From NCBI GenBank assembly GCA_951406725.2, contig OX597819.1, forward strand, positions 77,066,001 to 77,130,000: 64,000 bases of DNA, in the 5' to 3' direction. This document shows positions 62,165 to 64,000 of this stretch, in pieces (the first letter of the stretch is position 1; each line of letters begins with the position of its first letter). The translations under genes were made by a program, and so were the position numbers. This stretch comes from Octopus vulgaris (Eukaryota). The notes beneath the pieces are model-generated. The model did not search any database, was not told where the DNA came from, and saw only the letters and a program-made list of their open reading frames with translations.

Positions 62165-62450
62165 TGTAATGAATGTTTTACAAAATGAAAGCTGTTGTTA
62201 CCCAACAAAAACATTTTACAATGTGTAGAAAGTATGAAATTACACGTTACTCCATAAAAACAGCTTACAATGAGTAAGAGAGTATGAAATGATTTCTGTT
62301 TAAAAAAAGAACAGTTTATAATATGCAGGAAGTATGAAATACCTTGTTACTCTGTAAAAAACCATTTTACAGTGTGTAAGGAGTATGAAGTTTGTGTTCC
62401 TCCACAATGCGTTTTACAATGTGTAAAACATGTAATGCATTTTACAGTGT
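62165..62450. repeat. Degenerate 50-bp minisatellite, about 5 units
   Basis: AGTATGAA at 62231, 62281, 62331 and 62382, each preceded by a variant of TTACAATGTGTA. Confidence 0.8.
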
Positions 62451-62463
62451 ATTACATTTGTGA

Positions 62464-62762
62464 AGGCACTGGCTTAGTGGTTAGGTTCTTTGGCTCATGA
62501 CAGTGAGTTCAATTCCTAGTGGTGTGTTGTATCCTTGGGCAAAATGCTTTATTTCACATTACTCCAGTTCATTCTACTGACAAAAATGGGTAGTACCTGT
62601 AGTTCAAAAGGTGTGTTCACATCCCTGTAACTTAGCAATTCTAAAAAATAGACTGATAGAATAAGTACTTAGACTTAAAAAAAAAAGTCCGGTGGTCAAT
62701 TTGTTTGACTAAAACCCATCAAGGCAGTGCCCTGGCATGACTGAAACAAATAAAAGATAAAG
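62464..62762 (+). mobile_element. Chimeric SINE: C-type head joined to a family A tail
   Basis: GGCTTAGTGGTTAGG...CCTTGGGCAAAATGCTTTATTTCAC, then from about 62610 GTGTGTTCACATCCCTGTAACTTAGC...GACTGAAACAAATAAAAGATAAA. Confidence 0.75.
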
Positions 62763-63906
62763 GGTTATTAATTCTGAATGTTTTCCATGTATTAGGCAGT
62801 TAAACTATTGTTATATAAATCACCCTTCATACTGGGGCATGAGCATTTTTGTAAATTTATGTTGCTTTTTTCTTTTTAAAAGATATTTCAGGATAACATT
62901 TGAGAGAGATTTGGTTGCTATTTCTAGCATAGATTCTACCTTGTTGTTTCACTATTGACAAGCGGTATTGCATTGAACTTTAGTTGATTAATAAATTGAT
63001 TTGTAGCTATTTCAGTCAAGGGTAACCTGTTCCAGTTCTGAACCTTGTTATCACTCAATCAGCTTAACACACCATATGTTTATCTATATTTTGGATAAAT
63101 TGAAGTGCTATCATCATATTTCTAATTCATTGGACATCATACTAATTCTTCAACTGTATGGACCAGCCATGCTGTCAGTTTAATATTTGGGTTATCAGAT
63201 ATAAAAAAAAAAATTTGATATATCTCTATGCATTTCATATAAATGTATTGTGATAATTACACATTAATTCACAAAGATGGCATTAGATACAGCTTTAAAT
63301 ATTGGAGTAAATAATCAGTGTTTCGGTCTGTAGAAGATTCATTATCAAAATTAATTTAATGGAAATGTTGTCTCTTTGAAGTCTGTTGTTTCTTCATCTT
63401 AAGGTAATTGTCAGATTGTTAAACCCATTGAAAGTGAGGCTGTCAGTTCTTGTTTTAACTCATCAATAAAATTAAGTTTTAATTGGAATCCACTATTTAA
63501 TCTGATATTCTGATGTCTGTGGAATAAACTTGGGCACAGAAATACTTTTGTAATTATTTACATTAGTTGATTGGGTGTTTTCACTCTTTTAATGTCTTGT
63601 GAAAGAAATCAAAATGAATTTACTAATAGATGATCAGAAAAAGGAAAAAACAAACAAACTAAAAAACAACAAACAAACTAAGGTAGATGTTGGGAAAATT
63701 AAGAGATGATATTATCTGGATGATGTCTAGCAAATCCAAAGACCCAAGTTTCAGCAACATAATCATGCCACTAATTCTTTAAACATTCTACTTTTTTTTA
63801 CTGGCTTCAGTCATCCAACTTTATTCATGCTGGTTCATCAAAGTTTTTAGTGGATTATATTGATTTTGGTACTCATTTTAGCGTTGTCCTCATTATTGAT
63901 CTCTAT

Positions 63907-64000
63907 TTGAAGGACCAAGATCTCTGGTGGTTTGTTGTGCTTGAGGAGACACATCAAGCTAAGTAAAATTGCGGTTGTCCTTGTATGTAGGCATGTCCCC
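63907..64000 (+). mobile_element. RTE LINE ORF terminus, continuing beyond the window
   Basis: 63910-63966 encodes KDQDLWWFVVLEETHQAK*, the same terminus as at 11750-11805. Confidence 0.75.

Noticed and set aside
62165-62450. CRISPR-like repeat/spacer array
   Set aside because: The conserved parts are not identical and the variable parts are related to each other, which fits a decayed tandem repeat.

Overview
This is eukaryotic, AT-rich, microsatellite-dense animal DNA. The interspersed repeats look like those I recall from octopus (coleoid cephalopod) genomes; that assignment is from memory and is not database-checked. I found no intact protein-coding gene, tRNA, rRNA, CRISPR array or prokaryotic system. 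Almost all listed ORFs are artefacts of microsatellites or SINEs. The window looks like a large intron or intergenic region; T-runs and the best splice-like signals mildly favour + strand transcription. It is dominated by mobile elements: (1) a Tc1-type transposase 3' end with a DD36E-type spacer and its right TIR; (2) at least four SINE families, labelled A, B, C and F here, several nested and with readable target-site duplications (TSDs); (3) RTE-clade LINE 3' ends whose tail is shared with one SINE subfamily; (4) non-autonomous Helitrons; (5) TTAA-flanked and mariner-derived MITEs; (6) 24-bp and 50-bp minisatellites. The most notable structures are modular SINEs with swapped tails, a perfect 22-bp hairpin, inverted SINE pairs (possible ADAR substrates), a head-to-head Helitron pair, and a few candidate non-coding exons. 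I cannot support a claim of a wholly new biological system from this sequence.
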